Both the position numbers and the translations under genes were made by a program. From Desulfomonilia bacterium (GTDB lineage Bacteria > Desulfobacterota > Desulfomonilia > UBA1062), in assembly GCA_050014195.1 (NCBI GenBank), contig JBEKDT010000018.1, positions 1 to 64,000 on the forward strand: a stretch of DNA of 64,000 bases, given 5' to 3'. Of this stretch, positions 28,248 to 38,895 are shown in pieces. The notes under the pieces were generated by a model. The model was not told the origin of the DNA. It saw only the letters and a list, made by a program, of their open reading frames with translations, and ran no database searches. Each line of letters begins with the position of its first letter. Positions within the stretch are counted from its first letter, which is position 1.

Positions 28248-28423
28248 ATGATATATTTATTATCATATACTGTATTATCAGCCAGTTATAGATATCTGCT
28301 GGGAGTGATCACTCCAAGAGTTTATCGGTTCGTTATGGTCTAAAGAAAGAAACGTTCAATTGTGGATCGTACCCGAGTTTGCCCTTGACTCAAGAATGTA
28401 CATGAACCTAAAAAGACGTTCTC

Positions 28424-28987
28424 ATGACCGGTGTCGTACTCATAGGCGGGAAGTCCGAACGGTTCGGCAGCGACAAGGTGCTTTCACAGTTCAGAGGGAA
28501 ACCGCTTATTGAGCATGTGGTTGATACTATTCAGCCGCTTTTTGATGCAATCATCCTCGTCGGACACACGCGAAAAGGCCTGGAGAAATACCGCGTAGTG
28601 GAAGACACCGAGCCGGGCTGTGGTCCTCTGGGGGGGGTGTATACTGCATTGAATTCCATTCAATCGAAGTACTGCTTCGTCTGTGCCGGTGACATGCCGA
28701 ACATGAGCAGAGAATTTATCTCATTCATGATCACTCAAACGGATAACCACGACATAGTCATGCCTGTCTGGTCCAAGGGCAGGGAACCGCTCCATGCAAT
28801 CTATTGCAGAACAATCATCCCTTATGCGGCATCCATGTTGGAGAAGAATAATTTCAGGATCTTCTCCCTGATCGAAAAGGTGAATACACTCATCATTCCC
28901 GAAGAAACTGTTCGGATTTATGGTGATCCTTATGTATTGTTCTCGAACATCAACACCCTTGGCGATATGGTGCGTTTAAGGTCCTGA
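28424..28987 (+). CDS. mobA: molybdenum cofactor guanylyltransferase
   Basis: LIGGKSERFGSDK, GPLGG, GDMP, EPLHAIY, NIN. Confidence 0.88.
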   Translation: MTGVVLIGGKSERFGSDKVLSQFRGKPLIEHVVDTIQPLFDAIILVGHTRKGLEKYRVVEDTEPGCGPLGGVYTALNSIQSKYCFVCAGDMPNMSREFISFMITQTDNHDIVMPVWSKGREPLHAIYCRTIIPYAASMLEKNNFRIFSLIEKVNTLIIPEETVRIYGDPYVLFSNINTLGDMVRLRS

Positions 28988-29067
28988 TGCCATGTCTTCT
29001 CTGGTGGAATGCCCATAAACCCCATACCCTTTGAAAACCATAGCCCCCATGTGCTATAGGAGGCCAC

Positions 29068-29946
29068 ATGGAAGGCAGCCGGTTGCAAAAAAGCATGTAT
29101 GAGCTCATCTTAAGGACATGCACTGTGCTGCCGCAAGATATCGCCGATGCCCTTGAAAAGGCCTTTGCCAAGGAACAAAACGGTTCAATTGCGCAAGAGA
29201 CCTTGGGCATCATCATAAAAAGCGCTTCTTTATCATATGAAAAGGGTCTCCCCATCTGTCAGGACACGGGTGCACTCCTGGCCATAATAGAAACCCGGCC
29301 GGACAAGTCGGTATTCCTGATCGAGGAAGCCATCATAGATGCGCTGAAAGCCCTCACGAATGAAGGCATGCTCAGGCAGAACTGTGTAGATCCGGTGACC
29401 GAGAAGAATACCGGAGACAACACCGGTGTATATGTGCCCCAGATTCACTACGAACCTTCTAAAGGCCCAACACGGATAAGCATCATGCTCAAGGGCGGCG
29501 GCTCAGAGAACATGAGCACCCAGTATAGTCTCCCCCTTGCAAGAATACAGGCCGGCAGGGATATGGAAGGTGTACGGCGTTGCATCCTCGATGCCGTGCA
29601 TCAGGCACAGGGCCACGGCTGCGCACCGGGAATCCTTGGGGTATGCATCGGCGGCGACCGGGCTTCCGGCTATCTGGCTGCAAAGAGACAGCTCTTCCGG
29701 AAACTGGGAGACGTAAACCCATCCCCTGTTCTTGCATCATTGGAGCAGACTATCCTTCAAGAGGCAAACTCATTGGGTATAGGCCCTATGGGTCTCGGGG
29801 GTGAAACAACACTGCTGGGGGTGAAGGTTGGTGCCGCAGGCAGACACCCGGCAAGCTACTTCGTGACCGTGAGCTATTCCTGCTGGGCCACCAGGCGTTT
29901 CACGGTTGAACTCACCGATGAGGGAGCGGTCCGGGAATGGATCTGA
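29068..29946 (+). CDS. Fe-S fumarate/tartrate hydro-lyase alpha subunit
   Basis: PICQDTG, KGGGSEN, GIGPMGLGG, CWA.RR. Confidence 0.92.
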   Translation: MEGSRLQKSMYELILRTCTVLPQDIADALEKAFAKEQNGSIAQETLGIIIKSASLSYEKGLPICQDTGALLAIIETRPDKSVFLIEEAIIDALKALTNEGMLRQNCVDPVTEKNTGDNTGVYVPQIHYEPSKGPTRISIMLKGGGSENMSTQYSLPLARIQAGRDMEGVRRCILDAVHQAQGHGCAPGILGVCIGGDRASGYLAAKRQLFRKLGDVNPSPVLASLEQTILQEANSLGIGPMGLGGETTLLGVKVGAAGRHPASYFVTVSYSCWATRRFTVELTDEGAVREWI

Positions 29947-30536
29947 AGCATATCACCTCCCCCCTTAAGCCGGGTGCCATTGCGCACCTTGCAGCAGGAG
30001 ACATGGTAAGCCTCTCGGGTCTTATCGTAACAGGCCGTGACCAGGTTCACAAGTATCTTGCCTCAGGAGGCGAGCCGCCCATTGACCTCACAGGCCTGGT
30101 TATCTATCACTGCGGACCGTTGGCGGTTAAGGAAAAGGGTCAGTGGAAGATCGTTGCGGCAGGACCCACCACTTCCATGCGGGAGGAACCCTACGAGGCG
30201 GAAATAATCTCCGGATTCCGACCCGGGGCCGTCATGGGAAAGGGCGGTATGGGGGGAAAGACGCTGAAGGCCCTGTCTGAGCATGGCTGTGTTTATCTCC
30301 ATACCATAGGTGGTGCGTCACAATATTTAGCCGAACGCATCATCCGGGTCGAGACGGTATACCTCATTGAATTCGGACAGCCCGAGGCGATGTGGGTGCT
30401 GAAGATCAAAGATTTTCCTGCGCTGGTGACCATGGATTCTCATGGCAATTCGCTCCATAGCAGTATCCTGGATGATTCAACAAAAAGACTTGAAACATTA
30501 TTCGAGCAACCATTCAAGAAAAACAGTCACACATAA
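29937..30536 (+). CDS. Fe-S fumarate/tartrate hydro-lyase beta subunit
   Basis: TGRDQVH, YHCGP, GPTTSMR, GKGG, MDSHGNSL. Confidence 0.92.
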   Translation: MDLKHITSPLKPGAIAHLAAGDMVSLSGLIVTGRDQVHKYLASGGEPPIDLTGLVIYHCGPLAVKEKGQWKIVAAGPTTSMREEPYEAEIISGFRPGAVMGKGGMGGKTLKALSEHGCVYLHTIGGASQYLAERIIRVETVYLIEFGQPEAMWVLKIKDFPALVTMDSHGNSLHSSILDDSTKRLETLFEQPFKKNSHT

Positions 30537-30565
30537 TATAGACAAACCACCAAGGAGGTAGTTCA

Positions 30566-31351
30566 ATGGACGTGAAAGAAATGTTTGATCTCAAGGGCAA
30601 GGTAGCCATCATTACCGGCGGCGGTAGAGGCATCGGCAAATTCATAGCGGACGGTCTTGCCGAAGCAGGGGCTAACGTGGTCATCGCCTCCCGGAAGGTG
30701 GCCAACTGCGAAAAAGTGGCTCAGGATCTTGCAAAGCTCGGGGTAAAGACACTTGCCCTGAAGTGCGATACGGCTTCAAAGGAAGATATTTCAAACCTGG
30801 TCGAAGCCACCATGAAAGAGTTCGGCAAGATAGATATCCTGGTGAATAATGCGGGCATCACCTGGGGCGCTCCTACCCTGGAATTCCCTCTGGACCGGTG
30901 GGACAAAATCTTTGAAGTGAACGTGCGCGGGGTGTGGATCCTTACCCAGAAGGTTGCAAATATCATGAAGGATAAGGGCGGCGGCAAGGTCATCAACATC
31001 TCTTCCATATTCGGATCCCGCGGATCCATTGAGGAGGGACATCCCGCTGTAGCATATAATCCATCCAAGGCCGCCGTGGAAGTGCTCACCAAGAACCTTG
31101 CAGTGAAGCTTGCCCGCTATAACATCTATGTCAATTGCATCGCCCCCGGGTTCTTCAGGACTGACATGATGGAATATATCTTCAAGCCCGATATGAAGCC
31201 GATTCTCGACCTTACCGTTGCACAGATACCCCTGCTTAAGTATGGCGAGGAAGAGCATGTAAAAGGCCTTGCAGTATTCCTCGCATCAAAGGCATCGGAT
31301 TTCGTGACCGGGGCCATCATTCCCTGTGATGGTGGTATGGCTTCGAAGTAA
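30566..31351 (+). CDS. short-chain dehydrogenase/reductase
   Basis: TGGGRGIG, NNAG, YNPSK catalytic motif. Confidence 0.93.
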   Translation: MDVKEMFDLKGKVAIITGGGRGIGKFIADGLAEAGANVVIASRKVANCEKVAQDLAKLGVKTLALKCDTASKEDISNLVEATMKEFGKIDILVNNAGITWGAPTLEFPLDRWDKIFEVNVRGVWILTQKVANIMKDKGGGKVINISSIFGSRGSIEEGHPAVAYNPSKAAVEVLTKNLAVKLARYNIYVNCIAPGFFRTDMMEYIFKPDMKPILDLTVAQIPLLKYGEEEHVKGLAVFLASKASDFVTGAIIPCDGGMASK

Positions 31352-31387
31352 TATAAGCCTCAAGCCCGCTAGGATTATCGCTCGATA

Positions 31388-31423
31388 ACTCACCACTCGC
31401 CCTGACACAGGCAAGTGGTGAGT
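31388..31423. terminator. hairpin between convergent genes
   Basis: ACTCACCACT...AGTGGTGAGT stem. Confidence 0.55.
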
Positions 31424-31437
31424 CTTATTATTCAGAT

Positions 31438-31842
31438 TCAAAACCAGAATATACGTCTCCTGATCTCCGCAATCTTATCCTTGGCCGAGAAGTACCCCTC
31501 TTCTACAAAAAGGTCGAAATGATCGAAGTCGGACCATGGATAAGAGCCGATAGCCGGCCTGATCAAACAGTCCAATTCCTTGGCAAGGTATATGTTCATG
31601 AATTCCTGTGAGATATCAAAGCTGCGAAACACCACATCAAGACTGTGATGTATTTCCGACTCCTCATCGATGTCCTGATAGAGGCTGTAAAGGGCACCTA
31701 TTATGGCACCAAATGAAATACCTGCGATACAGTCAATAGGGATGAGAGAATCCTTCAGTGCCCTGATGACACCTATGTGGGCAAGTCCCCTTGAACCTCC
31801 GGCCCCCAGGGCAAGTGCCACCCTCTTTTTCCTTCTCAGCAT
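31438..31842 (-). pseudogene. patatin-like phospholipase with apparent internal in-frame deletion
   Basis: GAGGSRG and GISFG motifs and C-terminal LIRP segment present, DGG catalytic region absent; only ~134 aa. Confidence 0.6.
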
Positions 31843-33149
31843 CAAAGTTTCCTGCAGATATATTGGTCCTGATCCATATCCTGCATATAAACGGCATAAT
31901 AGCTGCCGGCGGGGTTGTCAAACCAGCTCATACCCTGGTCGCGGCAGGCATTACATGCATGGCGCGGCACATGGATGCCCAGGATATGATAACCCGTGGT
32001 TGCCGCAGAATCTATTCTGAATGTTCCGGGGCAGGCAGTGCAGTACCTAAGGACTTCCTGCTGATTCTCGGAGATCCCGTCCGTGTCGTAGAAGATGCTC
32101 CTGAACCGCTCCATGAAGGGCCGCCTCTCAGGCCTCAATCCTGCACGGGTTTTCCACATGGTAAGAATCTGTTCACACAGCGCTTTGATGTAATCCGTGA
32201 TCCTCGGATCCTGTTTTAATTTCACAAGGTCAAGATCGGGTTCCCGTACATAAGAATAGTCAACGCCTGCCAATGCCAGGATGATGCCGGTGTTCACATA
32301 AGGAAGGGCTCCTTCAATGGAGTAGCCGCCCTCGAGAACACAGATATCAGGACCAAGCATCTCATTGAGCTTTGCATAGCCTCCTGCGGTGAAGGACATA
32401 TTGGTGATGGGGTCTGTATAATGGTTGTCCTGGCCTGCGGAGTTGATGATGAGGTCAGGTTTGAAATCCTCTATCACCGGCATCACAAGGTTTTCCACTG
32501 CATAGAGAATGCCCTCATCGCTGGTCTTAGGCGGCAGGGGGATGTTCAATGTGAGCCCGGCGGCATTAGGCCCGCCGTATTCTGCGGGGAACCCGGAGCC
32601 CGGATACAAGGTCCTGCCGTCCTGATGAATGGAGATGTAGAGCACATCCGGATCATGCCAATAGATATCCTGGGTTCCGTCTCCATGATGGCAGTCCGTA
32701 TCCACGATCGCGATCTTTTTAATCCTTGGGTAATGAGTCCTCACCCACTCCACCATAACCGCCTCAATGTTGATATTGCAGAAGCCGCGGGCACCCTGGA
32801 CCACCCGCATGGCATGGTGCCCCGGAGGCCTCACAAGGGCAAAGGCATTGTCAACTACCCCTTCAAGAACAAGTCGGGCCGCCTCGATGCATCCTCCTGC
32901 AGATACATTATGGGACGGTGTAATGCGGGAGCCGACATCGGGGACGCAAAAATGGGCCCTGTTAATATCATGATCTTCCGCCAGGCCTGCCTTAAACTCG
33001 CGGATACCCTCGATATCGAGGATCCCCTCCTCCAGGATCTGGTCCTGGGTATAGAGGAGTCTCTCCTTACGTTCGGGATGGGTGGGTGTGATCTCCCAAT
33101 CATATGCCGGGAAAAAGATCAGCCCTGTCCTCTTCTTTGCCTTGATCAT
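31842..33149 (-). CDS. histone deacetylase-family amidohydrolase with C-terminal Cys-rich extension
   Basis: [31 protein letters not shown]; two C-terminal CxxC. Confidence 0.92.
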   Translation of the reverse strand: MIKAKKRTGLIFFPAYDWEITPTHPERKERLLYTQDQILEEGILDIEGIREFKAGLAEDHDINRAHFCVPDVGSRITPSHNVSAGGCIEAARLVLEGVVDNAFALVRPPGHHAMRVVQGARGFCNINIEAVMVEWVRTHYPRIKKIAIVDTDCHHGDGTQDIYWHDPDVLYISIHQDGRTLYPGSGFPAEYGGPNAAGLTLNIPLPPKTSDEGILYAVENLVMPVIEDFKPDLIINSAGQDNHYTDPITNMSFTAGGYAKLNEMLGPDICVLEGGYSIEGALPYVNTGIILALAGVDYSYVREPDLDLVKLKQDPRITDYIKALCEQILTMWKTRAGLRPERRPFMERFRSIFYDTDGISENQQEVLRYCTACPGTFRIDSAATTGYHILGIHVPRHACNACRDQGMSWFDNPAGSYYAVYMQDMDQDQYICRKL

Positions 33150-34801
33150 TTTCCGCTCCATTCATGCAGGATGCCGGGCCTTGTCTGGATCTTGACCCTC
33201 ATGTTCTTCCCTACGGTGGAAAAACCCCTTACCATATTGAAGCTTTGTTCTTCGATAACGCTGAACTCCGCATTATCACTAAGCCCAAGCAGGGAGGCAT
33301 TCTCTCTTATAGCGGCAAACCCAAAGGCCTTCAGTTCATCCATGCTCAGCGTCTGTTCAGCCTCTTTTTCCATGTGCAGCTCGGGGCAGACGATCCTGCG
33401 CAACTGTGTGTCGGCAACCAGGGTGATCTGGGCCGTGGTCCGGGCAAGGGCCGCACCCAGGGCATTGGCCACCATTGCATGCTCGGGCACCTCACACTCC
33501 ATGTTCAGCGACGCCTCGATATACGGTTTGAGCAACCTGGCCGGGCCTCCGATGAGGATAACCCTTTGCGGCTGTACGATGTCGGGATGGAGCATCTCAT
33601 GAATGGTGTAGACCGGATGGCTGTTCACCTCGTCGACAAATTCTTTTGCCGCTTTTCTGATATTCTCCACGATTGTCGATATGATCTCGGAGTTAAGTCG
33701 GGGGATATCCATACCCAGGTGATCCCCCAGGGGCGAGAGCGCGTCTATAGACTTTCCGGCATCTCCTCCCTCAAATTCGCCACGTACTGCAAACACATCC
33801 ATGGGCGTGGGTACGACACCTCCCATGCAGGCAGGGGGACCGCTTCTCGCCGGACCGACCCGTAATTCGCCGTCTTGTTCCCATACACATGAGTCGCCGC
33901 CGGCACCCACAGAGACCACCTTGAGTCCGCGTACCAGTGTCTTGCGTCCATCGATATCCACTCCTTTAGGTTCCAGGATGGGGATGCCATCCAACAGGAT
34001 GCCGATATCCGTTGTCGTACCGCCCACATCGAGTACCAGTGCTGTCCCTTCAGGCTTTTCCGTCAACGCCAATGCCCCCATCATGCTCGCTGCCGGGCCG
34101 GAAAGAATAGTCTCCACAGGGAGCCTGTTCGCAGCCGGTGAGGCATAGGTCCCCCCATCGGCCTTGAGGAAAAACAAAGGGGCATTAACGCCCAGGTGTG
34201 CAAGGGCCTTTTGAACGGCCAAAACAAAGCGTTCCTGCACGGGCATGACTGCAACGTTGAAATAGGTGGTATTGATTCGTCTGGGAAAATTAAGGCTCCC
34301 GCTCATGGTATGGCCCTGGCAAACGAATGGGAAATCGTCTTTGACCAGAGATGCTATGAAAGACTCATGGGCAGGGTTTCTGACGGAAAACTTGGAGACA
34401 ATGCCGACGCCCTCGATACCTGAACCTTTCATATGCCGGGAAGCCCTAAGGACTTCTTGTTGATCTACCGGGACATACTCTCGGCCCCGGTGGTCGATGG
34501 CACCCTGCACAAGATGAAACGAATCAGTAAGAAAATAGTGGCCGGGATATATACCAGGGCCGGCAGAGACAATCATGCCGGTTTTTGCATATTTCTTCTC
34601 CACAATTGCATTCGTGGAGAGTGTCGTGGACAGGACCACCCTCTTTACCCCTGAGTACTTGATCCCGAGGCTGCCGAGCGCCTCCATGATGGAACCCACG
34701 AGATCTTTGCCTGTAGGGGTCTTGGCAGTTGAAAGAATGTCTCTTCCTGACAGACATACAGCATCGGTATGTGTGCCGCCAATGTCGATACCCAATATCA
34801 T
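33146..34801 (-). CDS. hydantoinase/oxoprolinase A-family protein
   Basis: GIDIGGTHTD, STTLSTNA, SGPAAS, DVGGTTTD, ANALGAA. Confidence 0.9.
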   Translation of the reverse strand: MILGIDIGGTHTDAVCLSGRDILSTAKTPTGKDLVGSIMEALGSLGIKYSGVKRVVLSTTLSTNAIVEKKYAKTGMIVSAGPGIYPGHYFLTDSFHLVQGAIDHRGREYVPVDQQEVLRASRHMKGSGIEGVGIVSKFSVRNPAHESFIASLVKDDFPFVCQGHTMSGSLNFPRRINTTYFNVAVMPVQERFVLAVQKALAHLGVNAPLFFLKADGGTYASPAANRLPVETILSGPAASMMGALALTEKPEGTALVLDVGGTTTDIGILLDGIPILEPKGVDIDGRKTLVRGLKVVSVGAGGDSCVWEQDGELRVGPARSGPPACMGGVVPTPMDVFAVRGEFEGGDAGKSIDALSPLGDHLGMDIPRLNSEIISTIVENIRKAAKEFVDEVNSHPVYTIHEMLHPDIVQPQRVILIGGPARLLKPYIEASLNMECEVPEHAMVANALGAALARTTAQITLVADTQLRRIVCPELHMEKEAEQTLSMDELKAFGFAAIRENASLLGLSDNAEFSVIEEQSFNMVRGFSTVGKNMRVKIQTRPGILHEWSGK

Positions 34802-35059
34802 AAAGACTCCTTCTTGGTCCTTGGGCATGTCTTAACTGCCGGATTTACGCTTGTGCTCCGCCATCTTGGTTATGGGCGGCGATTAACCGTCTTTAAAAAG
34901 GCCGTATCAGGATAATGAGCACAAGATGGTTTTTCAGCATGGGCACATTCGATTAAGATCATACCAATTCATTTCTAAAATGACAATCCTTTGAGGGGAT
35001 CTTGCGTTGATTGTTTGGATCTGATAGATCTCGGAAGTGAAAGTTACTTGGAGGTCGAT

Positions 35060-36208
35060 TTGAAAAAAACATTTCTCGCATGTATAGCGTTGCTCACGAT
35101 GCTGGGCTGCTCCAAATCAGGAGCTACCCTGTCGGAATCTAACATAACCAATGATAATGCGGTCACTGGCCAACGGATCTTCGCCCAGGTCAATTACCTC
35201 ACGGACAACCCCCCTATGACATACCAATGGACCGCAACAGGCGGGGTACTTGATATACCCGATACTGCACCGTATTCCACCTACTGGACAGCCCCGGATG
35301 TCCCCGGCACTTATAACCTCACCTGCACGGTTACTGACAAAACGAAGAAAAATATGACACATACCTTCAATATCCAGGTTCGTGCTCGGTCCTTGGAGAG
35401 CAACCTTGTCGGTACCGGTCTTGAAGTCATCACTATCTCCAAGGAGACTGAGTACGAAATCGGGGGGATATGGGCTTCTGTTAAAGATAATAAACTCAGG
35501 TTCATCACATCACAAACCAATGAGGAGAGCATCTGGAGCATGAATTTCTTTACCATGCTGAACCATACAGATCCTACTACTCAGCTATACACCCTCTGGG
35601 GGGTTGAGTCTGTGGGTAACAATATCATAGAACTCACGTCCTCCACCGAGACTACCCTTGTCTGTGGAACCTGTTTGAATATTGATAAGATAACGGCATT
35701 GGCACAGGATGTAACTGATACTTCCGTTCTCTGGGTAGGCACTGAATCAAGCCTCAATTATTACACACCCGCAACCGATACAACCACCGCATCGTGGACC
35801 AATTATTTGTCTGCACATGTCTACGACCTCTCTGAGGGGCCCGACTATGTCTATGCTGCGACGAACGGTGGAATATACAGGACCGACGGGACCAAAACCC
35901 CGATCTATGGTGGTGATACCTGTGCAGTGCTTGCAGTGGACAATGGCACCACTTCACCAGAGGTATGGTCCGTGGTCCAAGGAAAGATCCAGAAAGACGG
36001 TCAGCAGTTAGAGGTTCAGCCGAGCGTTGTGATATGCAGTCTTGACGAGGACCCTGCCGGAAACATCTGGTGCGGCAAATACTGGTGGGACGGAAGCCAG
36101 TGGCATGTTGTACCCGGTCTGGATTCAGTTACCATCGTCAAATCCGTTGCAAGCACGGAAGGCCTGACCTATTTGCTCTCCGACTCAGGGGCTCTCTACC
36201 GCTGGTAG
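35060..36208 (+). CDS. lipoprotein with PKD-like and probable beta-propeller regions (TTG start)
   Basis: GGAGG RBS; lipobox MLGC; YQWTATGG..WTAP..PGTY.LTCTVTD; repeated LWVGT/VYAAT/IWCG strands. Confidence 0.65.
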   Translation: MKKTFLACIALLTMLGCSKSGATLSESNITNDNAVTGQRIFAQVNYLTDNPPMTYQWTATGGVLDIPDTAPYSTYWTAPDVPGTYNLTCTVTDKTKKNMTHTFNIQVRARSLESNLVGTGLEVITISKETEYEIGGIWASVKDNKLRFITSQTNEESIWSMNFFTMLNHTDPTTQLYTLWGVESVGNNIIELTSSTETTLVCGTCLNIDKITALAQDVTDTSVLWVGTESSLNYYTPATDTTTASWTNYLSAHVYDLSEGPDYVYAATNGGIYRTDGTKTPIYGGDTCAVLAVDNGTTSPEVWSVVQGKIQKDGQQLEVQPSVVICSLDEDPAGNIWCGKYWWDGSQWHVVPGLDSVTIVKSVASTEGLTYLLSDSGALYRW

Positions 36209-36772
36209 GTTCGTGCGCGAGGCGATATCCTTGGCAATACCCTCAAGCATACCGTTCATGACCTCTTCGATGTAGGGTGACGGCACGTCAATACTTCGCA
36301 ACAATGTAATGTCGAAGGCACTCTTTTGGGATGACGCCTTAGCGGTACGATAGAAAAGGGTCTGGGAATCAGAAGCCCCTGTCACCCGGATTGTGAGGAA
36401 TACGGTGGTAGGTTCCTCATTGCCTCCATAAGAAAGGTGATCCAAAGTCCCAGTGATGATATAATTCACAGCCTGGGGCCTTTTTTCGACAAAGAAAACC
36501 CTGCTGAATGCCTTTTGTTCGATCAGGTATTCCGTCAGCCTCTGTGCTGCGTATACCCCCCACTCGTCATTGCCCTTTGCATGGAACGGCATTACCGCTG
36601 CAGTGTTCGAATACGCGCCTGCAAGTCCAGAGTCTATTGGGGTGGCTTCCTCATAGTGCCGGGTGGGCATGACAAGGGCGCAACCGCTTGCAAGGATAGC
36701 GATAATAATAAAGACTGCAGGCATAAAAATATGTGCGTAGCAGGTGTGACCATCTTTAAATCTTCTTCTCAT
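36185..36772 (-). CDS. hypothetical lipoprotein
   Basis: Hydrophobic leader with LASGC lipobox; AGGAG RBS. Confidence 0.6.
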   Translation of the reverse strand: MRRRFKDGHTCYAHIFMPAVFIIIAILASGCALVMPTRHYEEATPIDSGLAGAYSNTAAVMPFHAKGNDEWGVYAAQRLTEYLIEQKAFSRVFFVEKRPQAVNYIITGTLDHLSYGGNEEPTTVFLTIRVTGASDSQTLFYRTAKASSQKSAFDITLLRSIDVPSPYIEEVMNGMLEGIAKDIASRTNLPAVESP

Positions 36773-36937
36773 GCCTGGTGCTCCCTTCTATCTCTTACAC
36801 TTAAAATTATCGGGATTCCAGCATTTGATCTTTAAAAGGACCATCTTCAATTATTGGTAATTTGTTCCATATAAAACAATGAAGGGCCGACCAAATGGGG
36901 CGACCCTTTTATCACCATGAGTTTGGACATGGGATAA

Positions 36938-37363
36938 TTAATTTTTCAGACTATCCCATAACGTAGTGTTTACAGCAACTGCGGCTCCATTTAATGTTCC
37001 ACGGTTGCCGTTGTTATCAATGGCAAATACAATACCATCCCCTGCCTGAGCATTGATGGGGGTGGCTGAGGCAATAAATGCTGTTCCTCCATTCTGGGAG
37101 GTTGCTGCGATAAGGTAGTTGCTCGTACTCGGATTGGGATAATTCCTTGGGGGACCTATTAAGGTTGCCAGGCCCACATAATTATTATTTTCAGCAAAGT
37201 ACTTCTCTTCATATAAAGCCACGGTCTCCAGGGCTGTGACCGCATCAGCCCGCCTGGTCCTGGTCATATATCCTGTGTACGCAGGTATGGCAATAGCGGC
37301 GAGGATACCTACAACTACCACCACGATCATGATTTCGATCAGGGAGAATCCCTTCTTGTTCAT
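36938..37363 (-). CDS. type IV pilin (PilE-like)
   Basis: Class III signal KKG|FSLIE, ILAAIAIPAY, RRADA. Confidence 0.9.
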   Translation of the reverse strand: MNKKGFSLIEIMIVVVVVGILAAIAIPAYTGYMTRTRRADAVTALETVALYEEKYFAENNNYVGLATLIGPPRNYPNPSTSNYLIAATSQNGGTAFIASATPINAQAGDGIVFAIDNNGNRGTLNGAAVAVNTTLWDSLKN

Positions 37364-37503
37364 GCCCTGTCTCCTTTTTATACAAATGCCTCAACATAAC
37401 TTATCGGCTGTTTTCTCAGCTTGCAATAGGGATTACAAAGATTTCGAGGTTCCGGAGTGAGCAATACTTGACCCTTTGAACCGGAGGATATATTGAGGGG
37501 TTC

Positions 37504-38826
37504 ATGAAAGGCCGCATCAAGATATTCACCTATGGATGCCAGATGAACGACCTGGACAGCCAGAAGATGTATTCCGAGCTTTCCAAGGCCGGTTTCATGT
37601 CCACCCATGAGACCAAAGAGGCGGATATCATCATCATTAACACCTGCTCAGTCAGACAAAAGGCCTATGAAAAGGCCATCAGCAACCTGGGAAGATTAAA
37701 GACCCACAAATCGAGGAAGCCTTCATTGATTATAGCAGTGACAGGCTGTGTTGCACAACAGGAAGGTGAAAGCCTCCGAGAGCGTATGCCCCACGTTGAC
37801 ATCATCCTCGGCACCCATCAGCTCCATCGCCTCCCAGAGCTCATTGAGCAAATGCGTAGTAAGTCAAACCCAATAACTGAGACAAGATTCGGCAACTGCA
37901 TTCCGTCCATGGAGATTGTTCCTGACCTTGAATTCTCAGAGAAACCCCACCGCGCCTATATCAATATCATGCAAGGGTGCGACAATTACTGCTCTTATTG
38001 CATCGTACCCTCGGTAAGAGGCCGTGAGATCAGCAGGGACAGCATGAACATCCTCAATGAGGTCAGATTGCATGCCTCACGGGGGGTCAAAGAGGTGTTT
38101 TTGCTCGGCCAGAATGTCAATTCATACAACGGGGGCATTTCTTTTCCACAACTCCTGAGAGATATCCATGCAATGGAAGGGATTGAGCGCATACGCTTCA
38201 CCACATCCCATCCCAAGGATGTGAGTGATGACCTCCTCGGGTGTTTCAAGGATCTTGGAAAATTATGCAGTCACCTGCATCTCCCCTTCCAGTCCGGATC
38301 TGACCGCGTGCTCAAGGCAATGAATCGGAATTATACTCACCGGTCGTACCTCGACCTCATCGCACGACTTCGCTCGGCCAAGCCTGATATAGCCTTCAGT
38401 GCGGATGTCATGGTGGGCTTCCCGGGTGAGACGGAGCAGGATTTTCTGGACACCCTTGCCATCATCGAGGCGGTCCGGTTTGATGTGCTCTATTCATTCA
38501 AGTACTCGGTGAGACCCGGCACTGCAGCGGCATTGTTAGATGACAATGTCACGCCGGAAGAAAAGATCGAGCGGCTTACAAAACTCCAGTCCCTTCAAAA
38601 GGGGATAACCCTTGATAACAACCGGTTCCGCATCGGAAAGACATATGATGTCCTCGTGGATGGTATGAGTCCTAAAAATCCTCAACAGGTCCGCGGAAGA
38701 ACCATCCATAATGCCATAGTGAACTTCTCGGGCGAGAAGGGCCTCATCGGAAAGACCCAGGCTGTTCGCATCACCCGGGCAAACCCCAACTCGCTCACAG
38801 GAGAGATAGCCTCAGACTTTTGTTGA
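37504..38826 (+). CDS. miaB: tRNA-2-methylthio-N6-isopentenyladenosine synthase
   Basis: TYGCQMN, NTCSVR, GCVAQ, radical SAM CDNYCSYC, TRAM domain. Confidence 0.96.
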   Translation: MKGRIKIFTYGCQMNDLDSQKMYSELSKAGFMSTHETKEADIIIINTCSVRQKAYEKAISNLGRLKTHKSRKPSLIIAVTGCVAQQEGESLRERMPHVDIILGTHQLHRLPELIEQMRSKSNPITETRFGNCIPSMEIVPDLEFSEKPHRAYINIMQGCDNYCSYCIVPSVRGREISRDSMNILNEVRLHASRGVKEVFLLGQNVNSYNGGISFPQLLRDIHAMEGIERIRFTTSHPKDVSDDLLGCFKDLGKLCSHLHLPFQSGSDRVLKAMNRNYTHRSYLDLIARLRSAKPDIAFSADVMVGFPGETEQDFLDTLAIIEAVRFDVLYSFKYSVRPGTAAALLDDNVTPEEKIERLTKLQSLQKGITLDNNRFRIGKTYDVLVDGMSPKNPQQVRGRTIHNAIVNFSGEKGLIGKTQAVRITRANPNSLTGEIASDFC

Positions 38827-38895
38827 TAAAGTTTTAAGTTTGAAGATCAATTCCACTTGGATCACGTAAGCTTCTAGTGGTATGAACGTACCATC

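Noticed and set aside
37395-37430. Sigma28 promoter for the pilin (GCCGATAA on minus strand)
   Set aside because: No matching -35 element at the expected spacing
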